Of a DNA stretch of 64,000 nt, positions 49,883 through 58,841 are shown one piece after another (within the stretch, counting starts at the first letter, position 1; each line of letters starts with the position of its first letter). The notes below the pieces were generated by a model that ran no database searches, was not told the origin of the DNA, and worked only from the letters and a program-made list of their open reading frames with translations. Source of the stretch: an uncultured Erysipelotrichaceae bacterium (lineage in GTDB: Bacteria > Bacillota_I > Bacilli_A > RFN20 > CAG-826); the NCBI GenBank assembly GCA_902785645.1, contig CACZZG010000002.1, forward strand, positions 17,936 to 81,935. The letters are read 5' to 3'. Made by a program: the position numbers and the translations under genes.

Positions 49883-51718
49883 ATGAATATTCGTAATATC
49901 GCAATTATCGCTCATGTAGACCATGGTAAGACTACATTAGTGGATCAATTATTAAAATCTTCTGGTGCTTTTAGAGAGAACGAAGAAGTTGCTAATCGTG
50001 TCATGGATAGCAACGATATCGAAAGAGAAAGAGGCATCACAATTTTAGCTAAAACCACATCCATCATGTACCACGATACCAAAATTAATATTTTGGACAC
50101 TCCTGGACACGCTGACTTTGGTGGTGAAGTCGAACGTATCATGAACATGGTTGATGGTTGTCTTTTATTAGTGGATGCTTTTGAAGGAACCATGCCTCAA
50201 ACAAGATTTGTTTTAAAGAAAGCTCTTGAAGCCCATATTAAACCAATCGTTGTTATCAATAAAATTGATAGAGCAAACATTGATGTCGCACAAACACTAG
50301 ATGATGTTTTAACTTTATTTATTGAACTTGGTGCCCCAGATGAATTCTTAGACTTTAAAGTTGTTTATACATCCGCGCTTCAAGGAACATCATCATTAGA
50401 TCCTGATCCAGCCACTCAAAAACCAGGTATGGATAATGTCTTACAAATGATTGTAGATGAAATTCCTGCTCCAAAAGCAGATGTTAATAAACCACTTCAA
50501 CTCCAAATCTCATTATTAGACTATAACGACTTTGTTGGAAGAATCGGTATTGGGACAGTGAAAAATGGTAGTATCCATGTTAATGATATGGTGACTGTTT
50601 CTCGACTTGATGGCAGCACAAAAACATTTAAAGTTATGAAGTTATTTGGCTATCAAGGTATTAAAAGATTAGAAATTGATGCCGCTTTTGCTGGAGAAAT
50701 CTGCGCAGTTGCGGGTTTACCAGACATTAACGTTGGTGAAACAATCTGTGAATTAAATAATGTTAATCCACTACCACTTATTCATTTGGATGAACCAACA
50801 TTACAAATGACATTTGGCACTAATACATCTCCTTTATCGGGAAAAGATGGAAAGTTATTAACCGCAAGAAAAATTGAAGAAAGATTATTTAGAGAAACAC
50901 AAAAAGATGTCGCCTTACGTGTTGAAAGAGTCGCAAATAGTGAGTCCTGGATTGTCTCTGGTAGAGGTGAATTACATCTTGGTATTCTCATTGAAAATAT
51001 GAGACGTGAGGGATTTGAACTTGAAGTCTCTAAACCAAAAGTCATCATTAAAGAAGTTGATGGCGTGAAATATGAACCATATGAGGATTTAGAAATTGAT
51101 GTACCAAACGACTTTGTTGGTGACATTATGACTTCATTAGGCGATAGAGACGCCGAAATGATTAACATGGATGTGAAAGAAACCACAACTAAGTTAACAT
51201 ATGTTATTCCTTCTCGTGGTCTTCTTGGATATGTCACTAACTTTATGACATTAACCAAAGGTTATGGTATCTTATCACATGTCTTTAAAGAATATCGCCC
51301 AATGGTTTCTATGAACTTAGGCGAAAGATCATTAGGTGTTCTTGTCGCTACAGAAGCTGGTACCGCCACACCATACGCCATCGAACACGTAGAAGAAAGA
51401 GGAACGATGTTCATTGAACCAGGAACCGAAGTCTATGAAGGTATGATTATTGGTGAAAACCGTTACGATATCGACTTAGCGGTTAACTGTGTTCTTAAAA
51501 AAGAATTAACCAATATGAGAAGTGCAAACAAGGACACAACTGTTGTTCTAAAATCACCAAGAAGAATGTCCTTGGAAGCTTGTCTAGACTATATCAATTC
51601 TGATGAGCTTGTGGAAATTACACCAAGCACATTCAGAATGAGAAAAAAGATTCTCAACACTGTTGATAGAAAGAAGTTCGATGCTCGTAAAAGAGCGGAA
51701 GAAAAAGAAACAAAATAA
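49883..51718 (+). CDS. typA: Ribosome-binding GTPase TypA/BipA.
   Basis: 611 aa. G-domain AIIAHVDHGKTTL, EF-G-like domains. RBS GGAGG. Confidence 0.95.
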   Translation: MNIRNIAIIAHVDHGKTTLVDQLLKSSGAFRENEEVANRVMDSNDIERERGITILAKTTSIMYHDTKINILDTPGHADFGGEVERIMNMVDGCLLLVDAFEGTMPQTRFVLKKALEAHIKPIVVINKIDRANIDVAQTLDDVLTLFIELGAPDEFLDFKVVYTSALQGTSSLDPDPATQKPGMDNVLQMIVDEIPAPKADVNKPLQLQISLLDYNDFVGRIGIGTVKNGSIHVNDMVTVSRLDGSTKTFKVMKLFGYQGIKRLEIDAAFAGEICAVAGLPDINVGETICELNNVNPLPLIHLDEPTLQMTFGTNTSPLSGKDGKLLTARKIEERLFRETQKDVALRVERVANSESWIVSGRGELHLGILIENMRREGFELEVSKPKVIIKEVDGVKYEPYEDLEIDVPNDFVGDIMTSLGDRDAEMINMDVKETTTKLTYVIPSRGLLGYVTNFMTLTKGYGILSHVFKEYRPMVSMNLGERSLGVLVATEAGTATPYAIEHVEERGTMFIEPGTEVYEGMIIGENRYDIDLAVNCVLKKELTNMRSANKDTTVVLKSPRRMSLEACLDYINSDELVEITPSTFRMRKKILNTVDRKKFDARKRAEEKETK

Positions 51719-51748
51719 AACGGCTCATTGAGTCGTTTTTATTTGTCA
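51719..51748. terminator. Hairpin terminator after typA, shared with the convergent gene.
   Basis: aaaACGGCTCattGAGTCGTttttatttg. Confidence 0.5.
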
Positions 51749-52752
51749 TCATTTATAAATAAATGTTTGATGTTTCTGTGCGGTCCAAACAAGGTTATCT
51801 TGTCGCCTTTTTGAATGATTGTATCTTTATCAGCAAAGATGTATTCATCGTTTCTTCTAATGACAACGATATTGATGTTAAATTGATCACTTAAGTGGCT
51901 ATCTTTCATAGCTTTGTTTTCAAGTTCTTTTGGAACTTCATCAACATCAACTTCCATCAAGGCGTTACCGCCATAGTTATTCAATAAGCTAAGTTGGTTA
52001 ATGCCATCAACAACAATGGCTTTTTTACTGTTATCTAAACTATTGATAAAGGCATCTTTAATATCATTGATTAATCCATAAATAACTAAGATGTCACCTT
52101 TTCTAAACATTGTGTCTTTAGTGACATCAACTGTTCTATTACCTCTTCTAATAGAAAGGACGTTGATGACGTATTTTTTGGTAAGTTGCATTTCATATAA
52201 AGAAACATCTTTAGCGAACTCTGGAATTCTATTTAAGATGACTTCTGCGATAGCGTGTTTGCCATAGAAATCAATGACTGTAATGATGTTGGTATTTCTT
52301 CCTTTTTTAGAAGCGTTGACCGCAACCTTTTCCAAAAATCTTTGGAACCATTTGTTTATTGGTGGAATTTTTAAGAATAAAACAAAGAGGAAAACACCTA
52401 AAGAAATAAAGAATAAGATGAAATACCATTCGGTAATATCATATTTTTGATCATTACTAATGGAGAATCCAATAGAGAAGAAGATATTGATAACTAAACC
52501 CATGATAATAACGGAGAAGATGTGACCAGTATACATGCATGCAATAGCGACATTTCTTCTTCTATCATCGTTAGCAATTAATTCACTTTCGTTTGTGGTG
52601 AAACCAGCACCCGTAAATAAAGAGGCAACTTGGAATTTAATCTTTTTTGTGGCTAAACCGGTTAGTTTAAAAGCAACAGAAAAAGCTTCTATTGTAAATA
52701 GATATAAGGATATAACACCGAGTATCAATGCAACAGCAACCCAAACGTTCAT
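51739..52752 (-). CDS. Membrane protein with an N-terminal TM domain and two TrkA-C (RCK_C) domains; putative ion transporter or channel component.
   Basis: 337 aa. GAGFTTNESE motif in the TM region. Two RGNRTV.../RRNDEY... beta-rich ligand-binding modules. Confidence 0.5.
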   Translation of the reverse strand: MNVWVAVALILGVISLYLFTIEAFSVAFKLTGLATKKIKFQVASLFTGAGFTTNESELIANDDRRRNVAIACMYTGHIFSVIIMGLVINIFFSIGFSISNDQKYDITEWYFILFFISLGVFLFVLFLKIPPINKWFQRFLEKVAVNASKKGRNTNIITVIDFYGKHAIAEVILNRIPEFAKDVSLYEMQLTKKYVINVLSIRRGNRTVDVTKDTMFRKGDILVIYGLINDIKDAFINSLDNSKKAIVVDGINQLSLLNNYGGNALMEVDVDEVPKELENKAMKDSHLSDQFNINIVVIRRNDEYIFADKDTIIQKGDKITLFGPHRNIKHLFINDDK

Positions 52753-52754
52753 AA

Positions 52755-53711
52755 CTACTTCTTTTTATTTTCCTTGCTACATTTTACATAATTTTCATTC
52801 ATTAGTGTGGTAAATTCTTTTGGCATCGGCGCTTTGAACTTCATTAACTTACCATTTAATGGGTTAATGATATCTAATTCATAAGCATGCAAACCCAATC
52901 TTTTAATAGGATTAGATGGTTCACCATATTTATCATCACCAATAATGAAATGACCCATATCACCAAAGTGAACACGGATTTGATTTTTGCGGCCTGTATC
53001 AATATTCACATCAACAAGAGAAAACATTTTATTTTCTTGCATAACTTTATAGTGCGTTACTGCGTATTGCCCATCGCCCTTCTTCTTAGAAGAATACATT
53101 AAGTTTTGTGCATTCTTTTTTAAATAAGATGTGATGGTACCTTCTTTTTTCTCTAATTGACCTTCCACGATTGCGTAGTAGCCACGTTTCTTAGTGAGAT
53201 TGTTCCAGTTATCACCATCAGTTAACGCTCTCGCCATCTTGTCGTTCTTCGCGAACATTAAAACACCAGATGTGTCTTCATCTAATCTATGAACAATGAA
53301 AGCCCTATTGTGTTTATCTTTTTGTTGAAGATAATCGTTAACCATTCTAAAAGCGGTTGATCCTTTTTCGTTATCAGAGGGGACGGATAATAGCTTAGAA
53401 GGTTTATTTATAACGATTAAATCGTTATCTTCATAAATTATAGGAAGGTTGGAGCGTGTCTTTTTTCTAATTGGGGAGTTAGAAATAATAACTGTGTCAC
53501 CAGGATATAATTTGAAATTGAATTGGGTGACAGGGGCGCCATCAATGCTGACACGATGCGAAGACAAAAGCGATTTCACTGAGTTCCTGGATTGGTCTTT
53601 AAATGTTAAAAGTAGAAATTCAAGAAGTTCGCTTTCTTGTTTCACAACATATTGTTTTAAATTCTTATAGTCTTTAGAAGGTCTTGTGTCTCTCGCTTTA
53701 TTCTTATTCAT
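52755..53711 (-). CDS. RluA-family pseudouridine synthase with S4 domain (RluD-like).
   Basis: 318 aa. HRLDEDTSGVLMFAKN catalytic motif. Confidence 0.85.
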   Translation of the reverse strand: MNKNKARDTRPSKDYKNLKQYVVKQESELLEFLLLTFKDQSRNSVKSLLSSHRVSIDGAPVTQFNFKLYPGDTVIISNSPIRKKTRSNLPIIYEDNDLIVINKPSKLLSVPSDNEKGSTAFRMVNDYLQQKDKHNRAFIVHRLDEDTSGVLMFAKNDKMARALTDGDNWNNLTKKRGYYAIVEGQLEKKEGTITSYLKKNAQNLMYSSKKKGDGQYAVTHYKVMQENKMFSLVDVNIDTGRKNQIRVHFGDMGHFIIGDDKYGEPSNPIKRLGLHAYELDIINPLNGKLMKFKAPMPKEFTTLMNENYVKCSKENKKK

Positions 53712-54582
53712 GAGCGTTCACCTTTCTAACCACCATATCAATGACTGCTTTCGCCACATCTAACGAGGTGACTTTTTCAAATTCTTCAAAGAATGCATTG
53801 GAGTTAATTTCACACAAAATTGGTTCTTCATTTTCATATACAAGAAGATCAATTCCAGCATATTCAATTTTTAATTTATCGGCGATATCTTGAGCAAAAT
53901 CCTCGTATTTTGCTCCTTTTTTCAGCTTTATGCTGCTCGCGGTGTCACCAAAGTTGCTTCTGAAATCAGCATTGTTTTTCCTAATAAATGACCCAAATAC
54001 CTTTCCATCGATAATTAAAACTCTAATGGATTGACCATAACTATTTTTGACATATTCTTGAAAGATAACTGGATTTCTAGCAATCTCAGAATATAGTCTT
54101 CTTAATTCTTCTTTTTCTTTAACTAAATAAACGCCTTCACCAAGTGAGCCGTATACCTTTTTGACCACCATTGGGAATCCAAGTTCGTCCGCTACTTTAT
54201 CTAAAAATTTATAATTCTCTTCTTTTAAGTCTGTATAAATAAGTGGTCCGGCAATGGTCTTGGGCATTCTGATTCCCATATTCGCACACACGATAAAGGT
54301 AAGCATCTTATCATCACATGTTTTGATGAAGTCCGCTCTATTGAATAAGCGATAATTTGCTTTCTCCAATAATCTGGCTAAATAAATATCTTTATCTAAA
54401 TAAAAGACAAAGTCTGCTTTAGGAAGGTTTATTTTAACTTCGTTATTAACAATTTCTGCTAATGTTCCGTCATTAATAAAAACATCAAGTTCAATATTTC
54501 TTTTTGAACATTCTTCCTTGAAGCGGTCAATCTTATATTGATTGTGACCGATATTTTGATTAACGATAATTAAGCCTTTCAT
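53704..54582 (-). CDS. RimK-like ATP-grasp ligase.
   Basis: Start set at MKGLIIVNQN (ATG 54582), because the upstream GTG lies inside the terminator hairpin. ATP-grasp motifs ...GFPMVVKKVYGSLGEGVYLV... Confidence 0.65.
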   Translation of the reverse strand: MKGLIIVNQNIGHNQYKIDRFKEECSKRNIELDVFINDGTLAEIVNNEVKINLPKADFVFYLDKDIYLARLLEKANYRLFNRADFIKTCDDKMLTFIVCANMGIRMPKTIAGPLIYTDLKEENYKFLDKVADELGFPMVVKKVYGSLGEGVYLVKEKEELRRLYSEIARNPVIFQEYVKNSYGQSIRVLIIDGKVFGSFIRKNNADFRSNFGDTASSIKLKKGAKYEDFAQDIADKLKIEYAGIDLLVYENEEPILCEINSNAFFEEFEKVTSLDVAKAVIDMVVRKVNAHE

Positions 54583-54604
54583 AACGTATTTATAATAAAT
54601 ATAA

Positions 54605-54628
54605 AAAGGTGGAATTACCACCTTTATT
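54605..54628. terminator. Hairpin terminator after the degV-like gene.
   Basis: aaAGGTGGaattaCCACCTtta; perfect 7-8 bp stem. Confidence 0.6.
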
Positions 54629-54646
54629 ATTTAGTTGAATGACGAT

Positions 54647-55543
54647 TTATTTTCCGTCGCCTTCAAATCTTGTAACTTCACTACCGAAGCAGTAGGCTGC
54701 AACGATGCCTGGGCCACATGTTGTTCCAACGATAGGACCAATTGTGATTGTATGAGCTTCAATTTTTAATTCATCAACAAGTCTTTGTTTAATGATTTCA
54801 GCTCTATCTTCAGCCATACCTTGACCAACCCAGATTTCTTTACATTGTGTGAGATCAATAACACTCTTAATACCAGCGATGATTTCTTCTAAAGAATTCT
54901 TTGTGCCTTTGACTTTCTTAATAACTAAGTTATTGCCATGAGCATCACTAATGAAGATTGGTTTAACACCAATAATGTTACCAAAGAAAGCTTTGCTTCC
55001 TTTAATACGACCAGCATTCTTCAAGTATGTGAGTGTATCAACTGTTGCGAAGAAGTGGAATCTAAGTTTGTTTGCTTCAACCCATTTTGCAACTTCTTCA
55101 ATTGATTTTCCTTCAGCACGTAATTGGCTGGCTTTAACTAAGATTAAGCCTTCACTACCACTTGCGTTAAGTGAGTCGATAACAACGATCTTTCTGTCTG
55201 GATATTTTTCTAATAAAGCTGGTTTAACCAAAACTTCACATGTGTTGACGGAACCAGATAATGCACTGGAACAGCCAATATATAGAATGTCATAACCTGC
55301 TTCTAAGGCAGGGGTGAAGCATTCTTCAAACTCAGGAACAGAAACTTGAGTTGTTTTAACTTTTCTACCTTCTTTTAACCAACCATAGAATTCTTCTGGT
55401 GTGTAATCAATCCAGTCTAAGTCAGCTCTTTTTTCTTCGCCATCAACGACTAATCCCATGTGGACGTATTCAATGTCGAATTGTTTGCGGATTTCTGTAG
55501 GTAGGTCGCTACATGAATCGCCGAATATTTTAAACTTTGCCAT
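54647..55543 (-). CDS. DegV-family fatty-acid-binding protein.
   Basis: Start refined to MAKFKIFGDSCSDLP (RBS AAGGGGA). DegV/EDD fold motifs. Confidence 0.85.
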   Translation of the reverse strand: MAKFKIFGDSCSDLPTEIRKQFDIEYVHMGLVVDGEEKRADLDWIDYTPEEFYGWLKEGRKVKTTQVSVPEFEECFTPALEAGYDILYIGCSSALSGSVNTCEVLVKPALLEKYPDRKIVVIDSLNASGSEGLILVKASQLRAEGKSIEEVAKWVEANKLRFHFFATVDTLTYLKNAGRIKGSKAFFGNIIGVKPIFISDAHGNNLVIKKVKGTKNSLEEIIAGIKSVIDLTQCKEIWVGQGMAEDRAEIIKQRLVDELKIEAHTITIGPIVGTTCGPGIVAAYCFGSEVTRFEGDGK

Positions 55544-55632
55544 ATTCATATCCCCTTTCGGACAACTTACTTTATCAAAAAGATTTAACAATTTATATTG
55601 GAAATATCAAATTTGTTACAGTTGTAAAGTTA

Positions 55633-55660
55633 TGTAAAGAAAAGATGGTTATGCACCATC
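55633..55660 (-). terminator. Terminator whose loop contains the stop codon of the 47-aa ORF.
   Basis: Minus strand reads GATGGtgcataaCCATCttttcttt. Confidence 0.5.
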
Positions 55661-55792
55661 TATGTGCCTATCGCAAATAGGCGTTTCTCTTTTTTCTCTT
55701 CTTTCGCTTTCTCTTTCGCGAAACATATCGATATCTTCACCAGTTAATCTTCTGTGGCGACGATGTCTTCTTTTTGGTGTTTCGTCCATCAT
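55649..55792 (-). CDS. Unannotated 47-aa Arg/Glu-rich small ORF, translationally coupled to the upstream ATP-grasp gene.
   Basis: GGAGG RBS 7 nt before ATGATGG. The ATG overlaps the ATP-grasp TGA stop. Product MMDETPKRRHRRHRRLTGEDIDMFRERESERREKRETPICDRHIDGA. Below the 60-aa cutoff of the ORF track. Confidence 0.4.
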   Translation of the reverse strand: MMDETPKRRHRRHRRLTGEDIDMFRERESERREKRETPICDRHIDGA

Positions 55793-56985
55793 GATCTTGC
55801 CTCCGTATATTCACGGAACTCTTCTAAGTCTTCCATGTTCTTAAACTTTGCCATAAAGAATCTATCGCCCATCGCATCCGCAAATATTTTTGCATATCTA
55901 CCGTGGTGACAAATAATACCTTTATATTTATTCAAGACATCTTCATCACTATGCAAATAATTAAATCCATCTCTACGAGATGCAACAGCTGCATAGTAGT
56001 GATCAAATTCATCTTTTTGTCTATTTTCATCAAAGGCAATCACATCAGCATAAATCTGATAAACATTTGATGAGTTGGCAAAGTTAATGAGGTCTGGTGT
56101 ATATCCACCTGCTGGTCTCATGTTTGTTTCTAAAGGAACAATATCTCCAATTTTACCCAACCCTTTTGCGGGAGCAGTTAATCTAAAAAATTCGAGATGG
56201 AAGAATCTTTGTTTAACACCAAAAGCTTTGATGACTTTTCTACCAATCTCTTCTAAATCTTTTGGAACATGAGGATATGTGAAATAAAAGACGTCTTTTT
56301 GTTCATGAACTATATCGGCAATGGAAGGTGGGAAAAAGTTACTTGCACAGAACACCACATTACTTTTTGAATCACAAATTCCATCAAAAGAAATGATGTT
56401 TCCAGAGATGAATTGTTCACAGATATAAGTGACATTTTTGTTCATTTTTTCGAAAAAAGAGTCAATATCTGCGGGTTTTTCAATCTTATAAGTGCCTTCA
56501 GCACCAACACCATGATCAGGTTTTATGAACACTGGGTAGTCAACTTCTTTAATAAATTTTTCTAATGCTTCTTTATCGGAAACGAGTATCCATCTCGCTG
56601 TTTTTGCGCCGGCTTTTTCATAGCCCTGTTTCATTAAAGATTTATGATTATAGAAATCGATTTCTTTACCAATTGGTCCTGTGGTGATGCCGAACATTTC
56701 CCTTAACTTCGCATCTTTATCTAACCAATACTCATTGTTGCTTTCTAAATAATCGATGTGACCATATTTATTTTCAAAATACTTCACCGCATTAACTTCG
56801 TTATCAAAGCAATCCATATTAATACAAAGATAATATTCCGTTAAAGCATCCTTGAGTTCAGGATTGAGACTATCGTATGGTTGATCACCAATACCAAGCA
56901 CTCTAAAACCATTCTTTTTTAATGCTACACAAAAGCGATAAAAGGAATCTGGGAAATGAGGTGATATAAATACAAAATTTTTCAT
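55789..56985 (-). CDS. ATP-grasp family carboxylate-amine ligase of unknown specificity.
   Basis: 398 aa. Pre-ATP-grasp then ATP-grasp fold (YPVFIKPDHGVGAEG...). Start is 1 nt after the FGGY kinase stop. Confidence 0.55.
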   Translation of the reverse strand: MKNFVFISPHFPDSFYRFCVALKKNGFRVLGIGDQPYDSLNPELKDALTEYYLCINMDCFDNEVNAVKYFENKYGHIDYLESNNEYWLDKDAKLREMFGITTGPIGKEIDFYNHKSLMKQGYEKAGAKTARWILVSDKEALEKFIKEVDYPVFIKPDHGVGAEGTYKIEKPADIDSFFEKMNKNVTYICEQFISGNIISFDGICDSKSNVVFCASNFFPPSIADIVHEQKDVFYFTYPHVPKDLEEIGRKVIKAFGVKQRFFHLEFFRLTAPAKGLGKIGDIVPLETNMRPAGGYTPDLINFANSSNVYQIYADVIAFDENRQKDEFDHYYAAVASRRDGFNYLHSDEDVLNKYKGIICHHGRYAKIFADAMGDRFFMAKFKNMEDLEEFREYTEARS

Positions 56986-56986
56986 A

Positions 56987-58543
56987 TTAGAATTCTTTCT
57001 TGTCGTACTTCTTTAAATCTTTATAAATATCTTTGAGTTGTGGGAACATCTTCACATATGCCTTTTTATAAAGATAATTGTATTGTTTATGAGCTTTTTC
57101 GTCTGGTGTAAATGTTGAAGTGATTCTACTCATGCTTTGCATTGCTTCTTCCACGGATTTAAATTCACCAAGGCCAACAAATGTGGCAATAGCTGCACCT
57201 AAAGATGTGGTTTCAAATGTTTGCACTCTTGAGACTGGTAAGCCAAAGATGTCAGATGTTATTTGACAAATTGCGTCACTTTGTGATCCTCCACCAGAAA
57301 TCATAATTGATTTAATTTTATGTTTTTGTGATTTTTCAATGCTTTCAAGACCTTCTCTTAAGGCATAAGCAATACCTTCAATAATTGCACGATATAAGTG
57401 CACCCTTGTATGCACATCTGAGAAGCCAATAATTGCGCCTTTCGCTAATGGTCTAGATAAGCCTGGTCCCCAATATGGTTGTAAAACAAGTCCATCACTT
57501 CCTGGAGGAATTGTACTCAATTTACTATTAAGGATTTCTTCCACTGCCATCTCTTGAATTTTTGCTTCATTAACTAATTCAGAAGCAAATTCTCTTGAGA
57601 ACCAAGTTAACATCCAATATCCACGATAGATTTGGACATCCATGTTATACCAACCAGGAACTGCTGCTGGGTAAGCAGGTAAGAACTTTTCTGGTTCGTG
57701 ATATTTTTGATTTGAAACTTCAATTGTGGAAGCGGTTCCATATGAAATGGCACCGATATCTCTTGATAGAGCACCAAGACCAACTGTTTCACAAGCCTTA
57801 TCGCTTCCTGTAGCGATGACTTTAATACCTTTTGGTAGTCCACACTCTTCTGCAACCGCATCAGAAATTGTTCCTAAAACTTCACCAGGTTGTTTAATGT
57901 CTGGTAACATTCTATTTGGTATACCAAATATTCTTCCTTTTAATGCGCCTTCTTTATACCATTTTTTCTTTTTGAAATTGATTGGATAATGTCCGGTTAA
58001 AGAAGCGGCGGAATCAACTAATAAACCAGTAAGTTTATAAATTAGATAAGTAGAAATGTTGACATACTTATATGTCTTGTTCCATGTTTCTGGTTCGTTT
58101 TCTTTTAACCAGTGAGCGATGGTTCTTCTTCTATTTAACTCGATGGTATTATTCATACCCACTAACTTAAATGCAGCGCGGTGTAATAAAGGTATCTTTT
58201 CTTTTGCTTCCGCCATTCTTTGATCGAGCCACAAAATTGAGGGTCTGATTGGTTTTAAGTCTTTATCTAATTGAACAGAAGAATCTCTAAATGTGGTAAC
58301 TGTTGAGCCGACAATGTCGTCTAAATAATCTTTACCTTTTTGTGATAATTCTTTTAAACATTTAATGGTCAAATCCCAGTAAAAATCTGGATTTTGTTCA
58401 GCAAAACCCTTCTCTTTTGAAAAATATGCCGGTTTATATTGCTCTTTAATAATGACTTTAATTTCACCTTTTTTATCGATAAGAGCGGCTCTTACGGATT
58501 GGGTTCCGTAATCTAATGTAAGAACGCATGGGTTGTTTTTCAT
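56987..58543 (-). CDS. FGGY-family carbohydrate kinase.
   Basis: 518 aa. LTLDYGTQSVRAAL N-terminal motif and GGGSQSD C-terminal motif. Confidence 0.8.
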   Translation of the reverse strand: MKNNPCVLTLDYGTQSVRAALIDKKGEIKVIIKEQYKPAYFSKEKGFAEQNPDFYWDLTIKCLKELSQKGKDYLDDIVGSTVTTFRDSSVQLDKDLKPIRPSILWLDQRMAEAKEKIPLLHRAAFKLVGMNNTIELNRRRTIAHWLKENEPETWNKTYKYVNISTYLIYKLTGLLVDSAASLTGHYPINFKKKKWYKEGALKGRIFGIPNRMLPDIKQPGEVLGTISDAVAEECGLPKGIKVIATGSDKACETVGLGALSRDIGAISYGTASTIEVSNQKYHEPEKFLPAYPAAVPGWYNMDVQIYRGYWMLTWFSREFASELVNEAKIQEMAVEEILNSKLSTIPPGSDGLVLQPYWGPGLSRPLAKGAIIGFSDVHTRVHLYRAIIEGIAYALREGLESIEKSQKHKIKSIMISGGGSQSDAICQITSDIFGLPVSRVQTFETTSLGAAIATFVGLGEFKSVEEAMQSMSRITSTFTPDEKAHKQYNYLYKKAYVKMFPQLKDIYKDLKKYDKKEF

Positions 58544-58731
58544 ATTTAATTACCACCGAAAACTAATTCTATAAACAATATAAGTTTTTACGAAAACTAT
58601 ATCAACAAACTATTTGCGTGTGCTACGATATATACGCAAGTGTGAGCGCTTTCGTGCGCTTTACAAAACATGCCTATTAGGAGGAATTATATGGCTGAAC
58701 AAAAAAGATACGTTTACCCCTTTGATGAAGC

Positions 58732-58841
58732 TTATGGCTTAGGCAAAGAACTCTTAGGTGGTAAAGGTGCTGGCTTAGCGGAAATGTTATGGCTTAGGCA
58801 AAGAACTCTTAGGTGGTAAAGGTGCTGGCTTAGCGGAAATG
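58732..58841 (+). repeat. Perfect 55-bp tandem duplication (2 x 55 bp) inside the 5' end of ppdK.
   Basis: ttatggcttaggcaaagaactcttaggtggtaaaggtgctggcttagcggaaatg occurs at 58732..58786 and again at 58787..58841, 55/55 identical. Confidence 0.9.
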
